64,000 nucleotides of DNA, from assembly GCF_030028105.1 (NCBI RefSeq), contig NC_092379.1, positions 22,111,309-22,175,308 on the forward strand, given 5' to 3'. Positions 23,341 through 35,689 of the stretch are shown in pieces. The notes beneath the pieces were generated by a model that did not search any database, was not told the DNA's origin, and saw only the letters and a program-made list of their open reading frames with translations. The stretch comes from Mobula birostris (lineage: Eukaryota). The position numbers and the translations under genes are program-made. The stretch's first letter is position 1. The number at the start of each line of letters is the position of its first letter.

Positions 23341-26070
23341 GAGTCCAAACCATCCTCATCAAGGACTCTCATCACAGTCTTTGTACATATTGGCACAAAT
23401 GACATAGGTAAATAAGGTGAGGTGGTCCCAAAGAGAGATATTAGGAAGCAAGGTACAAAGCTGAGGAACAGAACCTCCAGGGTAGTAATCATTGGATTGC
23501 TGCCTGAGCCACATGTCAATGAGGGTAAGAATAGGCTGATTTGCAGGTGAATGTCTGGCTCAGGAACTGGTGCAGGAGGCATGGGTTCCGATTTATGGAT
23601 TATCAGGACCTTTTCTGGGGAAGATATAACACGTACAAAAGAGATAGGTTACGCCTGAGCCTGAGAGGTCCCATATCCTTGCAGGCAGATTGACTATTCT
23701 GTATTGGGTATTCTACAATGAACTGGAATTGATTAGTGAAATCTGAGAAGAAGAAGCTAAAGTTAGATGTATCATTATTACAGTGGAGCAAAGGAAGTTA
23801 TAGAGGCATGAGAGAGGAGTTGATTGCTATAATGGATTGGAAAAGAACACTGGCAGGGATGATGGTCGAACAACAGTAGCTGGAATTTCTGGAAGCAATT
23901 CAGAGGGCAAAAGACCTATACATTCCAAAAAGGAAAAAGTATTCTAAAGGCAAGGTGACTCAGCCATGCTGAAGAAGGAAAGTCAAGGCCAACATAAAGC
24001 CAAAGAGAGGGCATATAACTGAGCAGAAATTATTGAGAAGTTAGTGTTATAAGCTGGGCATGGATGGCGGACCCAAAAGCAAGACAGAGACTAGGTTTAT
24101 CGAGATAGGAAGGTGAGTAAGGAAGAAGCAACGCTGGACATTGACACAGGCCCTGGATGAGACTAGGATTCAGGGCCCAGGCTAGGACTTGGACTAGAAA
24201 CACAGGACCCGGACAGGGAAATAGGAACGAGCAGCCTGGACTAGGAACATGGAACTCTGGAACGAGAACCTGGACAAGAACCCGGAACCTGGGTCTTGGT
24301 TTGGACTCGGACTCAGAACCGGAACCCGGGTCTGGGCTAGGACTCGGGACTAAGATCTTGGCAAGGACAGGACATGGCTACAGGACAGGACGAGGAACCC
24401 CTGGGCTAGCCGATGAACTGGAACTAGATGAGGACACGAAGCTCAGATTTGGACCAGGCTTGGTCTTGGAACACAGAGCCTTGGACTTGAACTGGACGCT
24501 CAGAGCCTTGGACTTGAGATACTCCAGGGCAGGACGTGGCTCTTGGACTAGGTCTGGCTCGGCCTTTGGACTCAGCTTTGTTAGGCTCTGGGACGCGGGG
24601 CCGGGACCCTTTCTGGGACGCGGGGCCAGGACCCTTTCTGCTGAGGACACTTGCCGAGGGAACTGCCGAGGTAAACTGCCAAGGGACTCCTGGACTGGAT
24701 GAGAACACAAAGTCTTGACTTGGACAGGACTGGAACACAGCGCCTGGAACACAGAACACAGAGCCAGGACACCTCCTTGGGAACAGGACTTAGGGCCGGG
24801 ACTTTACACAGAGTCAGGACCCCTCCTTGGGAACAGGAGCAAGGGCCAGGACTCTTCTTTGACACAGACACAAAACACAGGGACACAAAGAGATAGTTCC
24901 ACACTCAACAATAAATAGTTCCTTATCTTGGCATGGCAAGGCTCCGGTCTCACTCTGGCAGTTGAACTTGACGGGGATGCAGGCAGGGCTTCAGAAGGAA
25001 GGGGAAGGGAACAGTCCAGCAGGGAATCCTTGGTTTGAGAGGTATTTATGTGCCAGCCCAAAACGAGAATCAGGTGCCTCAATTAAGGCACCCAATAGAA
25101 CCTGGGAAAACAGGGAAAACCCAGAATATGGATCGAAGGACCGGACAATGAACTGGAATGTGGACTTCACGGACAAGACCATGACAGTTGGAGGACTGGG
25201 AAGCTTTTGAGAACCAGCATAAGTTAACTGAAAAAGTCTGTAAGAAGTTAAAGGTGGAATACGAAAGTAAGCTAGCCAATAATATTAATGAGGATACCAA
25301 CAGTCTCTTCAGATATATGAACTGTAAAAGAGAGGTGAGAGGTCATATCGGCCCACTGGAAAACGATGCTGGGAGGGTGGTAATGAGGGACAAGGAAATG
25401 GCCGAAGAACTGAATAAATACATTTCATCAGTCTTCACTGTGGAAGACACAATCAGCATGGTAGAAGTTCCAGGTGTCAGGGGTCATGAAGTGTGCTACC
25501 ATTACCATGGAGAAGATTCTTGAGAAACTGAGGTAGATGAGTCACCTGGAGCAGATGGTACACACCACAACATTCAGAAAGAGGTGGCTGAAGACAATAT
25601 AGAGGCATTAGTAATGATCTTTCAAGAAGCACTGGATTCTGGAATGGAGGACTGGAAAATTGCAAATGTCACTCCACTCTTCAAGAAGGGAGAGAGACAG
25701 AAGAAAGGAAATTATTGGCGAGTTTGTCATGGGGGAGCGGCAGGTAGTTTTTAGGGAGGCTACAGAAAGACTGAAGCAGATTAGCAGACTGGGCAAAGAA
25801 CTGACAGATGGAATACAGTGTCAGCAAATACATGGTCATGCTCTTTGGTAGAAGAAATTAAAGCTTTAACTTTTGACCAGGTGGACAGAAAATACAAAAC
25901 TCTGAGGCACAAAGGAATTTGAGAGCCCTTCAGCAGGATTCTCAAAAGGTTATTTTGCAGGTTGAGTCTGTGGTGAGGAAGGCAAATGTGATGTTAGCAT
26001 TCATTTCCAGAGGACTGGAATATTAAAACAAGGATATAATGTTGAGACTTTATAAAACACTGTTGAGGCC
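23340..26070 (+). mobile_element. CR1 (esterase remnant and ORF2 linker/RT), host of a solo LTR
   Basis: VHIGTNDIG...RVVIIGLLPEP; YESKLANNI...; WKIANVTPLFKK. Confidence 0.85.
24045..25186 (-). mobile_element. Solo LTR (1142 bp), probably Gypsy
   Basis: TG...CA termini; 5-bp TSD GTTAG/GTTGG; CR1 sequence is continuous across it; TATA-like CATAAATA on minus near 25045; internal GGACT/GGAAC repeats. Confidence 0.8.
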
Positions 26071-26159
26071 TCACTTCATCTTCCACCAGATTCTATTATA
26101 TTCAGCCTTTTGTCACTCCCACCCATCACCTACCAGGGGGCACAGTTTTCAGGACATCG

Positions 26160-26635
26160 GGGTCTCTCTTCCCGCCAATACAGACATTTACACCACACGC
26201 TGCATCCGTAAAGCAAACAGCATTATGAAAGACCACACGCACCCCTCATACAAACTCTTCTCCCTTCTGCAATCTGGCAAAAGGCACCGAAGCGATCAGG
26301 CTCTCACGACCAGACGATGTAACAGTTTCTTCCCCCAAGCCATCAGACTCCTCAATACCCGGAGCCTGGACTGGCACCAACCTACTGCCCTCTACTGTGC
26401 CTATTGTCTTGTTTATTAGTTATTGTAATGCCTGCACTGTTTTGTGCACTTTATGCAGTCCTGGGTAGGTCTGTAGTCTAGTGTAGTTTTTGTGTTGTTT
26501 TACGTAGTTCAGTGTGGTTTTTGTATTGTTTCATGTAGCACCATGGTCCTGAAAAACGTTGTCTTGTTTTCACTGTGTACTGTACCAGCAGTTATGGTCG
26601 AAATGACAATAAAAAGTGACTTGACTTGACTTGCT
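26160..26635 (+). mobile_element. Rex1/Babar 3' end
   Basis: HPSYKLFSLLQSGKRHRS...NSFFPQAIRLLN; AATAAA plus (GACTT)n tail. Confidence 0.85.
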
Positions 26636-27318
26636 TGAAAGTTAACCTTTATATTTTGATAGGAGTAATCAAAATGGGGCATACATGGTAAATGGTACGG
26701 CATTGAAGAATGCAGTAGAACAGAGTGATCCAGGAATAATGGTGCATAGTTCCCTGAAGGTAGAATCTCATGTGGATAGGGTGGTGAAGAAAGCTTTTGG
26801 TGCTGGCCTTTATAAATCAGAGCACTGAGTAGAGTACAGAGAAGAGTTACTAGAATGTTACCTGGGTTTCAGCACCTGATTTACAAAGAAAGGTTGAACA
26901 AGTTAGGTGTTTATTCTTTGGAGCGTAGAAGGTTGAGTGGGGACTTCATAGAGGTATTTAAAATTATGAGTGGGACAGATAGAGTTAACGTGGATAAGCT
27001 TTTTCCATTGAGAGTAGGAGAGATTCAAATAAGAGGACATGAGTTGAGAGTTAGGGGGCAAAAGTTTAGGGGTAACACAAGGGGGAACTTCTTTACTCAG
27101 AGAGTGGTGGCTGTGTGGAATGAGCTTCCAGTAGAAGTGGTAGAGGCAGGTTCGATATTGTCATTTAAAGCAAAATTGGATAGGTATATGGACAGGAAAG
27201 GAATGGAGGGTTATGGGCTGAGTGCAGGTTGGTGGGACGAGGTGAGAGTAAGCGTTCGGCATGGACCAGAAGGACCGAGATGGCCTGTTTCCGTGCTGTA
27301 ATTGTTATATGGTTATAG
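26636..27318 (+). mobile_element. CR1 3' end
   Basis: ORF 26855-27301 LERRRLSGDFIEVFKI...WNELP; GTTATATG tail. Confidence 0.9.
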
Positions 27319-27319
27319 G

Positions 27320-28925
27320 GTGTTCTGCAAAAGGCCTTTCAAGTCCCTTTCATCTCAGATTTTTGGATTTTCTCCGTTTAGAAAATACTCCACACATTTA
27401 TTTCTACTACCAAAGTGCATGATCATTCATTTTCCAGTATTATATTTCATTTGACATTTTCTCGCCCATTCTCCAAATCCGTCTGTCCTTCTGCATCATA
27501 CCCGTTTCCTCAACACCACCTGTTCCTCCACCAGTCTTTGTGTCATCTGCAAACTTGGCAACAAAGCCATCTATTTCGTTATCTAAATCATTTATACACA
27601 GTATAAAAAATGTGGGCCCAACACTGACCCCTGCGGAACACCACTAGTCACTGGCAGCCAACCAGCCCAGGCCACTTTTATTCCCACTCGCTGACTTCTT
27701 CCAATCAGCCAATGCTCCAACCATCCTAGTAACATTCCTGAAATACCATGGGCTCTTAACTTGCTAAGCGGCCTCATGTGTGGCACCTTGTAAAAGGCCT
27801 TCTGAAAGTCCAAATATACGAAATCCACTACATCCCGTTTATCCATCCTACTTGTAATCTCCTCAAAGAATTTCAACAGGTTTGTCAGGCAGGGTTTTCC
27901 CTGATGGAAACCACGCTGACTTTGTCCTATCTTGTCCTTGGTCACCGAGTATTCCGTCACCTCATCCTTGACAATTGACTCGAACATCTTCCCAACCATT
28001 GAGGTCAGGCTAACTTGTCTATAATTTCCTTTCTCTCCTTTCCTCCTTTCTTAAAGAGTGGACTGACATTTGCAATTTTCCAGTCCTCTGGCACCATGCC
28101 AGAGTCCAATGATTTTGAAAGGATCATTTCCACTGCCACCACAATCTCTAATGCTCCCTCTTTCAGAATGCTAGGGTGCAGTTTCTCTGGTCTGGGTGAC
28201 TTATGATCTTTTAGGTCTTCAGCCTTCTCCCTTGTAATAGTAACAGCACCCACTTCTCTTCCTTCCCACACTACAACATCGGGCATACTGCTGGTGTCTT
28301 CCACAGTGAAGACTGATGCAAAATTTTCATTTAATTCACCTGCCATCTACTTGTTCCCCATTATTACTTCTCCTGCCTCATTTGGTAGCGGTCCTATATC
28401 CACTCTTATTTCTCTTTTAATTTCTACATACTAGAAAAAGCTTTCGCTATCCACTTTGATATTACTGCTAGCTTGCTTTTATATTTTATCTTTTCCCTTC
28501 TAATGATTCTTTTCGTTGTTCTCTGTAGGTTTTTAAAAACTTCTCAATCCTCTGTCTTCCCAATAATTTTGCTTTGTTGTATGCCCTCTCTTTTGTTTTT
28601 ACATCAGCTTTGAATTCCCTCGTCAGCCACAGTTGTACTATTTTACCATTTGAGAATTTCTTCATATTTGGAATACACATGTCCTGCACCTTCCTCATTT
28701 TTCCCAGAGACACATGACATTGCTGCTCTGCTGACATCCCTGCTCGCAGATCCTTCCAATTTACTTTGGCGAACTCCTCGTACCACTGTAATTTCCCCTA
28801 CTCCACTGAAATATTGCTATGTCAGACTTTACTTTCTCCCTATCCAATTTCAAGTTGATCTCAATCACATAGTGATCACTAGTTCCTAAGGGTTCTTTAC
28901 CTTAAACTCCCTGATCACCTCCAGT
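27320..28925 (-). mobile_element. CR1 ORF2 (linker + RT)
   Basis: YLDFQKAFYKVPH and SGVPQGSVLGP in ORF 27592-27999. Confidence 0.9.
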
Positions 28926-29333
28926 TCAGAATCAGAATCAGAATCGGGTTTGTTATCACCAGCATGTGACGTGAAACTTGTTATCTTCACAGCAGCAGTT
29001 CAATGCAATACATAATCTAGCAGAGAGAGAAAAATATAATAATAAATAAAATAAAACATAATAAACAAACAAGTAAATCAATTACGTATATTGAATAGAT
29101 TATTAAAAAATGCGCAAAAACAGAAATACTGTATATGAAAAAGTGAGGTAGCGTCCAAAGCTTTAATGTCCATTTAGGAATCGGACGGCAGAGTGGAAGA
29201 AGCTGTTCCTGAATCGGTGAGTGTGCGCCTTCAGGCTTCTGTATCTCCTACCTGATGATAACAGTGAGAAAAGTGCAAGCCCTGGGTGCTGCAGGTCTTT
29301 AATAATGGACGCTGCCTTCCTGAGACACCACGG
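28926..29333 (-). mobile_element. Rex1/Babar 3' end
   Basis: HPGLALFSLLSSGRRYRSLKAH; (GATTCT)n tail at 28926-28945. Confidence 0.85.
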
Positions 29334-29985
29334 AAACACGAGGAAATCTGCAGATGCTGGAAATTCAAGCAACACACACAAAAAATGCTGGTAAACGCAG
29401 CAGACCAGGCAGCATCTATAGGAAGAGGTACAGTCGACGTTTCGGGCTGAGACACTTCGTCAGGGCAAACTGAAAGAAGAGATAGTGAGAGATTTGAAAG
29501 TGGGAGGGGGAGGGGGAGATCCGAAATGATAGGAGAAGACAGGAGGGGGAGGGATTGAGCTCAGAGCTGGAAAGTTGATTGGCAAAAGGGATACGAGGCC
29601 AGAGAAGGGAGAGGATCAGGGGACATGAGGCCTAGGGAGAAAGAAAGGGGGAGGGGAGCCCAGAGGATAAGCAAGGCTGTCCACCAGAGAAAGCAGGATC
29701 TCCCAGTGGCCACACATTTTAATTCAACGTCCCATTCTCATTCTGATATGTCTATCCACAGCCTCCTTTACTATCAAGATGAAGCCACACTCAGGTTGGA
29801 GGAACAACACCTTATATTCCATCTGGGTAGCCTCCAACCTGATGGCATGAACATTGACTTCTCTAACTTCCGTTAATGCCCTACCTCCCATCCCTTATTT
29901 GTTTGTTTGTTTATTTCTTACTTACTGATTTTTTTCCTCTCTCTTTTTTTCTCCCTCTGTCCCTCTCACTATAACTCCTTGCCCT
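29334..29985. mobile_element. PLE with inverted pLTR followed by a plus-strand GIY-YIG 3' end
   Basis: Minus-strand pLTR at about 29334-29665; plus-strand QRKQDLPVATHFN...GMNIDFSNFR. Confidence 0.85.
29432..29466 (-). ncRNA. Minimal hammerhead motif
   Basis: Reverse complement GCC-CTGACGA-agtgtctcagccc-GAAACGTC-GACT. Confidence 0.7.
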
Positions 29986-30159
29986 CAGATAAGTTCGACC
30001 ACAGATACCTGCTTGTGCATGAATGTGGTCCACAGTCAGTGGGAATTAACATTCATTTTATGTGCATGGAGTGTGGATGTGAAGATGGAGGTATTTGAAA
30101 ATTATATGTAATTCAAAGGGAGTATGCTAAATAACATTGTAACTACAGAATTGTCCTGC

Positions 30160-30328
30160 TGTTACGTTTCATATTTAGCATATAAAAATGTCATGTAATA
30201 TTGGGTCAGGCAGGCCTCTTCTTCCAAGAGAGTCTGAGTATGATGCCTGCTGCTTGTTTTGCTGAATAAAGACTTCTATCACCACCAGCTTCACTGTCTC
30301 TCTGGTGACTTCGTTCACAGTAACAACA
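30160..30328 (+). mobile_element. Short solo-LTR-like element
   Basis: TGTTACG...TAACAACA termini, TATAAAA and AATAAA; no TSD found. Paralog at 50134-50303. Confidence 0.5.
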
Positions 30329-30389
30329 AGGGCTTTACCTGTGATGGCCTAGTCTGTATCCATAAATTTTTGTAGGCTTTTCTATTCAA

Positions 30390-30685
30390 GGGTGTTTCCA
30401 TACCAGTCCGTGACACAACCCACACACTCATCCCACTGGTTCCCGTCCCCACTACTCCCCTCTGCCCTCCGCACCTCCCTCCCTTTAGTTCATGCTCCAC
30501 CTTCCTCTCCCATCAGATTCCATTATCTTCAGCCTTTTGCCACTATTCCATTCCCCATCTGCCCGTCCACCCGCTCACCTGGCAGCCCCTATCACCTGAC
30601 AGCACCTGCTCTACCCCTTCCCTCGCCTCTTTACCCCGGTCACCTCCCCTCTGTCTTTCAGTCCACATGAAAGATCTCAACCCTA
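30390..30685 (+). mobile_element. Old PLE pLTR-type pyrimidine-rich fragment
   Basis: Ends in CAGTCCACATGAAAGATCTCAACCC, a decayed hammerhead start. Paralog at 50370-50660. Confidence 0.5.
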
Positions 30686-30808
30686 CTTCGTCTCCAGTTC
30701 CATTCGAGATAGAGCTTATTCTACGCGCAGAGGCGCTTGGGTACGTAGTGTCTCCATTTCATTATTTGAAAGACGATCGCAACTGCCATTAAGCATCGTT
30801 TTCTTTTT

Positions 30809-31027
30809 TCAAAACATCAAAGCATGTGACCGTGAAATAGCAAATTCGTTCCCAATGTTCCCCGAGGCTTCAGAGATACCGTACGGAAATAATAATTTAT
30901 ACGGCAATGACCGGTAAACATCACCATTCGGTGCAGGCATAAGGCTGCTACGCATTTGTTCCCAAAGTTTTCTGTGTTCAATCATAAAATTTATAACCTC
31001 CAAAATTTTACAGCTTTGATGAACCAT
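30809..31027 (-). CDS. Unidentified 72-aa ORF, copy 2 (open)
   Basis: MVHQSCKILEVINFMIEHRKLWEQMRSSLMPAPNGDVYRSLPYKLLFPYGISEASGNIGNEFAISRSHALMF*; frame conserved across three paralogs. Confidence 0.4.
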   Translation of the reverse strand: MVHQSCKILEVINFMIEHRKLWEQMRSSLMPAPNGDVYRSLPYKLLFPYGISEASGNIGNEFAISRSHALMF

Positions 31028-31084
31028 CCACTTTAATTTTGTGAACAAAATGGACCTTTCCGAAATGTTTTCATGCGATTCAAT

Positions 31085-31310
31085 CTCAGCACGTTTTTAA
31101 AAAAAAATTGACCAATGGTAGAGCACGTCGAATGACGGCTATGCGCGCAAACCAATGGGTGGGAACATGCGGACCACCAATCAACCAATAGCGACAGGCG
31201 GTCTGCATGTTTCTCTAATCCCGTGAAAGATGGGTGGGAGGACCGTCGGTCCTTTTAACCAACGGCGGCAAGGATAGAAACAGGAAGGTGGGACGTCTGA
31301 TTCACTAAAT
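31085..31310. promoter_or_regulatory. CCAAT-box promoter-like block, copy 2
   Basis: CCAAT at 31112, 31152, 31177 and 31185; CpG-rich relative to its surroundings. Confidence 0.5.
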
Positions 31311-31324
31311 ATGTTTGTGTGTGT

Positions 31325-33540
31325 GCCCACAATGTTCTGCCGACCCTCAAACCCTGCCTACCATATAAGCCCCCACCTTAGATTCCTCCATATACCTGTC
31401 TAGTAGTCTCTTAAACTTCACTCGTGTATCTGCCTCCACCACAGACTCAGGCAGTGCATTCCATGCACCAACCACTCTCTGAGTAAAAAACCTTCCTCTA
31501 ATATCCCCCTTGAACTTCCCACTCCTCACCTTAAAGCCATGTCCTCTTGTATTGAGCAGTGGTGCCCTGGGGAAGAGGCGCTGGCAATTACTCTGTCTAT
31601 TCCTCTTATTATCTTGTACACCTCTATCATGTCTCCTCTCATCCTCCTTCTCTCCAAACAGTAAAGCCCGAGCTCCCTTAATCTCTGATCATAATGCATA
31701 CTTTCTAAACCAGGCAACATCCTGGTAAATCTCCTCTGTACCCTTTCCAATGCTTCCACATCCTTCCTATAGTGAGGTGACCAGAACTGGACACAGTACT
31801 CCAAGTGTGGCCTAACCAGAGTTTTATAGAGCTGCACCATGACATTGCGACTCTTAAACTCTATTCCTCGACTTATGAAAGCTAACACCCCATAAGCTTT
31901 CTTAACTACCCTATCCACCTGTGAGGCAACTTTCAGGGATCTGTGGACATGTACCCCGAGATCCCTCTGCTCCTCCACACTACCAAGTATCCTGCCATTT
32001 ACTTTGTACTCTGCCTTGGAGTTTGTCCTTCCAAAGTGTACCACCTCACACTTCTCCAGGTTGAACTCCATCTGCCATTTCTCAGCCCACTTCTGCATCC
32101 TATCAATGTCTCTCTGCAATCTTCCACAATCCTCTACACTATCTACAACACCACCAACCTTTGTGTCGTCTGCAAACTTGCCAACCCACCCTTCTACCCC
32201 GACATCCAGGTCATTAATAAAAATCACGAAAAGTAGAGGTCCCACAACAGATCCTTGTGGGACACCACTAGTCACAATCCTCCAATCTGAATGTACTCCC
32301 TCCACCACCACCCTCTGCCTTCTGCAGGCAAGTCAATTCTGAATCCACCTGGCCAAACTTCCCTGGATCCCATGCCTTCTAACTTTCTGAATAAGCCTAC
32401 CGTGTGGAACCTTGTCAAATGCCTTACTAAAATCCATATAGATCACATCCACTGCACTACCCTCATCTATATGCCTGGTCACCACCTCAAAGAATTCTAT
32501 CAGGCTTGTTAGACACGATCTGCCCTTCACAAAGCCAAGCTGACTGTCCCTGATCAGACCATGATTCTCTAAATGCCTATGGATCCTATCTCTAAGAATC
32601 TTTTCCAACAGCTTTCCCACCACAGACGTAAGGTTCACTGGTCTATAATTACCCGGACTATCCCTACTACCTTTTCTGAACAAGGGAACAACATTCACCT
32701 CCCTCCAATCCTCCGGTACCATTCCCATGGACAACAAGGACATAAAGATCCTAGCCAGAGGCTCAGCAGTCTCTTCTCTCACCTCGTGGAGCAGCCTGGG
32801 GAATATTCCGTCAGGCCCCGGGGACTTATCTGTCCTAATGTATTTTAATAACTCCAACACCTCCTCTCCCTTAATATCAGCATGATCCAGAACATCAACC
32901 TCACTCATATTGTCCTCACCATCATCAAGTTCCCTCTCATTGGTGAATACCGAACAGAAGTATTCATTGAGGACCTCGCTCACTTCCACAGCCTCCAGGC
33001 ACATCTTCCCACCTTTATCTCTAATCGGTCCTACCTTCACTCCTGTCATCCTTTTTTTCTTCACATAATTGAAGAACGCCTTGGGGTTTTCCTTTACCCT
33101 ACTTGCCAAGGCCTTCTCATGCCCCCTTCTTGCTCTTCTCAGCCCCTTCTTAAGCTCCTTTCTTGCTTCTCTATATTCCTCAATAGACCCATCTGATCCT
33201 TGCTTCCTAAACCTCATGTATGCTGCCTTCTTCCTCCTGACTAGATTTTCCACCTCACTTGTCACCCATGGTTCCTTCACCCTCCCATTCTTTATCTTCC
33301 TCACCGGGACAAATTTATCCCTTACATCCCGCAAGAGATCTCTAAACATCGACCACATGTCCATAGTACATTTCCCTGCAAAAACGTCATCCCAATTCAC
33401 ACCTGCAAGTTCTAGCCTTATAGCCTCATAATTTGCCTTTCCCCAATTAAAAATTTTCCTGTCCGTTTGATTCTATCCTTTTCCATGATAATTATAAAGG
33501 CCAGGGAGCGGTGGTCACTGTCCCCCAGATCCTCACCCAC
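31325..33540 (-). mobile_element. Young CR1 ORF2 (APE end, RT, C-terminus)
   Basis: Long ORFs 32333-33400 and 31526-32311 with SGVPQGSVVGP and KFADD; 3' tail missing. Confidence 0.95.
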
Positions 33541-33765
33541 TATCATTTATATATCATTTTTATATAAAAAGATCTGTGCTCTGAAGTAATAGAACTATTA
33601 TTTAAAGCAATAATCCTCTGATCCTTCCTGCAAAATGCTGTTAATGTTAAATCGTATTGAGATAACTTTTAAATTGTCCATCCCCTGTTGATTATGTCTT
33701 GTTGATTACAATATTCACACGTCCCATTGTTGTGTTTCTTTATGAAAAACAATGTACTTTAACCC

Positions 33766-33867
33766 CGTACAATGTCCTGACGAAGGGTCTCGGCCCGAAA
33801 CGTCGACTCTACCTCCTCCGAGAGATGCTGCCTGGCCTGCTGCGTTCATCAGCAACTTTGATGTATG
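33766..33867 (+). mobile_element. 102-bp PLE-derived hammerhead mini-insertion
   Basis: 12-bp TSD GTACTTTAACCC at 33754-33765 and 33868-33879; empty paralogous site at 51683-51694. Confidence 0.95.
33774..33808 (+). ncRNA. Minimal type I hammerhead ribozyme motif, intact core
   Basis: GTC-CTGACGA-agggtctcggccc-GAAACGTC-GACT. Confidence 0.8.
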
Positions 33868-34809
33868 GTACTTTAACCCTGCGTGCCCAAACCTCAGTCT
33901 CGATATTATAACCTCCTCCTTCCTACTCTTTCCTGCATTCCTAAACTACCCCACTTCTCTCTGGATACCATTTTAAATTGAAATAAGGTTTGTATTATCC
34001 CACATACAACCTCTGGTTTTCCCACTGAATGCAAATCTTTTAGACTCTGGATTGTTGTGCTTGAATCAGACAATATTACAACTCGCATGGTCTCATTTTC
34101 TCCACCCACTGCAAAGCCAATAGTCCAGTTGTCATTTCACCTGTATACACTGAGAAATCATCATTTATCCTCTCCTGCATTTTCATGTTAAAATCAGGCA
34201 CTACCAATCCTACCCCTAATCAACAACAGTATTACCGTTTTTGAAACATCTGTGTAAATTTGTAAATATCCCGAATTATTATTATTTACATAACATTCAA
34301 CTATATCTTGATTTAAGTAGACTTCTCTACTTTTCCATCTCTTTCTGAATAATTTAGGATCCACCTCTGGTGCTTCACACAGTCATGGAGTCAGCCCAGG
34401 AAAAGACACTGTATCACTCAGGGCCTTATTACTAATTCCTGTCATTTCTGCTTTCCCTTCAATAGTCCGTGCAAAATCTCTTAATTTCCTTCTTTCCTTT
34501 TCACAGCATCGATCTAAAACCTGTTAACTTGGATGATTTTCTCCAGGCCCTTGTACGTTTACCCAATATGTTAACACAAGCTGTGATCTTCTCAGTTCCA
34601 GAGGTGTCTCTCCCAACTCCACCTGCATTGCCACCACTGGTGTTGTCCTCATTGCCCCACTGATTAACCTTACTTTCTTACTTTGGGTTTTTATTTCTTT
34701 AATACATGTTGACCATGTGAGTTTTTTATCAAACCAAATTCCTAAAAATTTAAAAGGCTCTGCAGTTTCTAATTTTAATTGATAATCAATTAAATGTAGA
34801 GATAAGGCT

Positions 34810-35660
34810 GAGGATCGAGTTGTTGATTTTCAAACAAAGGCAGTCTTTAGTGAGACTGCTGGCAAGTAGAGGCTGATGACAGGGCAAAACTGCAGTCAAT
34901 GGGATGCAAAAGGGGGCCAAAAATCAAAAACAGGTGATGAATACTGGATTGAAAGTGTTATCCTTGAATTCAGACAGTATACAGAATAAGATAGATTAAC
35001 TTGTAGCACAGCTACAGATTGGCATGTATGACAGTGTGGGCATCACTGAATTGTGGCTGAAAGAAGATTATAGTTGGGAGCTTGATATCCAGGGATACAC
35101 ATTGTATCGAAAGGACAGGCAGGTTGGCAGAAGGCGAGGTGTGCCTGTGTTGGCAAAAAAATTGTGGTGTGCCTGTGTTGGCAAAAAATTAAATGAAATC
35201 ATTCGAAAGAGGTGACATAGGATGGGAAGGTGTAGAATAATTCAGGGTATACCAAGGAGTATTATGGTTAAGGGTGATGAAATGAGAGCATGGATCAGTA
35301 CATGGAACTACAATGTTGTAGCCATTACTGAAATTTGGTTGAGTGAGGGGCAGGAATGGGTGATTAATGTACCAGGTTTTTGAAGTTTTAGAAAAGATAG
35401 AGGAGGAGATAAAGTGGGGGTATTGCATTAACAGTCAGGGACAATATCGCAGCTGCACGCAGAGGAGACATAATGGCGAGGTCAGAAACTGAGTCCATTT
35501 GAGTGAAACTCAAGAACAGGCAGGGTACAATCACACTGATGGGATTGAACTTGGGGACGCAGCCTCAAGATTTGGGGGAGTAGATTTAGGATGGAAATGA
35601 GGAGGAACTGTTTATCCCAGAGAGTGGTGAATCTCTGTGAATTCAATGCCTAATGAAGCA
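34810..35660 (+). mobile_element. CR1 APE-start fragments and 3' fragment
   Basis: YDSVGITELWLKED...YRKDRQ. Confidence 0.8.
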
Positions 35661-35689
35661 GTGGAAGCTGCAGGAGCTTGTCAGTGCCA

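Larger units (their letters stand above)
33541..34800 (-). mobile_element. RNase H-encoding non-LTR element (Nimb/I clade), decayed
   Basis: Minus frames give VSFPGLTP*LCEAPEVDPKLF, GVGLVVPDFNMK, E..A.LLALQWV and VVILSDSSTTIQSL, an RNase H pattern of I-clade LINEs. Confidence 0.65.

Noticed and set aside
24157-24918. Long Gly/Pro/Thr-rich ORFs on both strands (also 41152-42008) as protein genes
   Set aside because: They lie wholly inside a solo LTR made of short repeats and differ in frame between the two paralogs.
29990-30150. Small exon on the minus strand ending in CAG/GTATCT (paralog 49975-50120)
   Set aside because: No credible acceptor, and the paralogs differ by frame-disrupting indels.
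30809-31027. MADF/Myb-like assignment of the unknown ORF
   Set aside because: Only LWE and a later out-of-frame WQLR resemble it, and the spacing is too long.
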